A stretch of DNA of 64,000 nt from Octopus bimaculoides (taxonomy: Eukaryota). Shown here one piece after another: positions 63,559-64,000 of the stretch. Each line of letters starts with the position of its first letter. Positions within the stretch are counted from its first letter, which is position 1. The stretch spans positions 7,302,234-7,366,233 of the forward strand of contig NC_069005.1 in assembly GCF_001194135.2 (NCBI RefSeq), in the 5' to 3' direction. The position numbers and the translations under genes are program-made. The notes below the pieces were generated by a model. It did not search any database. It was not told the DNA's origin and worked only from the letters and a program-made list of their open reading frames with translations.

Positions 63559-63702
63559 GCGAAGGTAAAGAATACGCACACCCGGTGTTTAGGGTTAGGG
63601 ATTAGGGTTAGGGTTTAGGATTAGAGCTAGGGTTTAGGGTCAGGGTTAGGGTCAGGGTTAGGGTTACACCGAAAGCGGGTGGTGTGCATATTCTTTACCT
63701 CC
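63559..63702. repeat. Inverted-repeat-flanked degenerate (TTAGGG)n tract
   Basis: Arms ggtaaagaatacgcacacc / ggtgtgcatattctttacc around about 12 variant TTAGGG units. Confidence 0.8.
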
Positions 63703-64000
63703 GCTTTTATATTGGTACTGCGGCCCCTCTTCTCGGAAAAAAAAATGGTTGTCTGTGCCTGGATTAAGTCTGTCGATCCATTGGTGGTTTCAGACCTGCT
63801 AGAAAAAGCAGCTAGATCTCTCTCGAGTCATTCCTGTCCATTTCTACTGTCTTTAAAGAAGGACTATTAATCCTAAATCCCACCACCACCATAACAAAAA
63901 GGACGGATTGGTCACGGGTGGATTGCCTCTGATCATATAGGCCTACTCGATCAAGGAGGGTGGGGTGGGTTGGGGCTAGCTGATTTGCACCTTAATCAGC

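Noticed and set aside
62889-63568. His/Thr-rich ORFs of 160-216 aa
   Set aside because: Translations of a (CA)n compound repeat.
63585-63666. True telomere or chromosome end
   Set aside because: Short, degenerate, internal and flanked by unique sequence; treated as an interstitial element.

Overview
AT-rich, gap-containing eukaryotic scaffold saturated with tRNA-headed SINEs, RTE/CR1 LINE remnants, MITEs and microsatellites. The SINE families look like those of Octopus (coleoid cephalopod); this is an inference from repeat content. Two host genes are recognisable, both on the minus strand: the first coding exon of BAZ1A/Acf1 (14433-14545; the rest lies left of the window or in a gap) and the complete two-exon CDS of POLR2L/RPB10 (40471-40565 + 34335-34443). 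Notable mobile DNA: a complete 1.1 kb Merlin (IS1016/ISXO2-like) transposon with TIRs, an 8-bp TSD and an open 292-aa ORF carrying a D-to-A catalytic change, next to the putative POLR2L promoter; a degenerate Tc1; a mariner; a CRE-like fragment; and a 5S rRNA pseudogene. The most interesting signal is a tRNA-headed SINE-like element whose tail carries a Penelope-type minimal hammerhead-ribozyme motif. All three copies have inverted junctions, suggesting a Pol III SINE mobilised by Penelope-like elements. A second hammerhead-like family lies near 62.6-62.9 kb. No single copy in the window has a fully intact ribozyme, so activity is unproven. All alignments and coordinates were read by eye; repeat boundaries are approximate.
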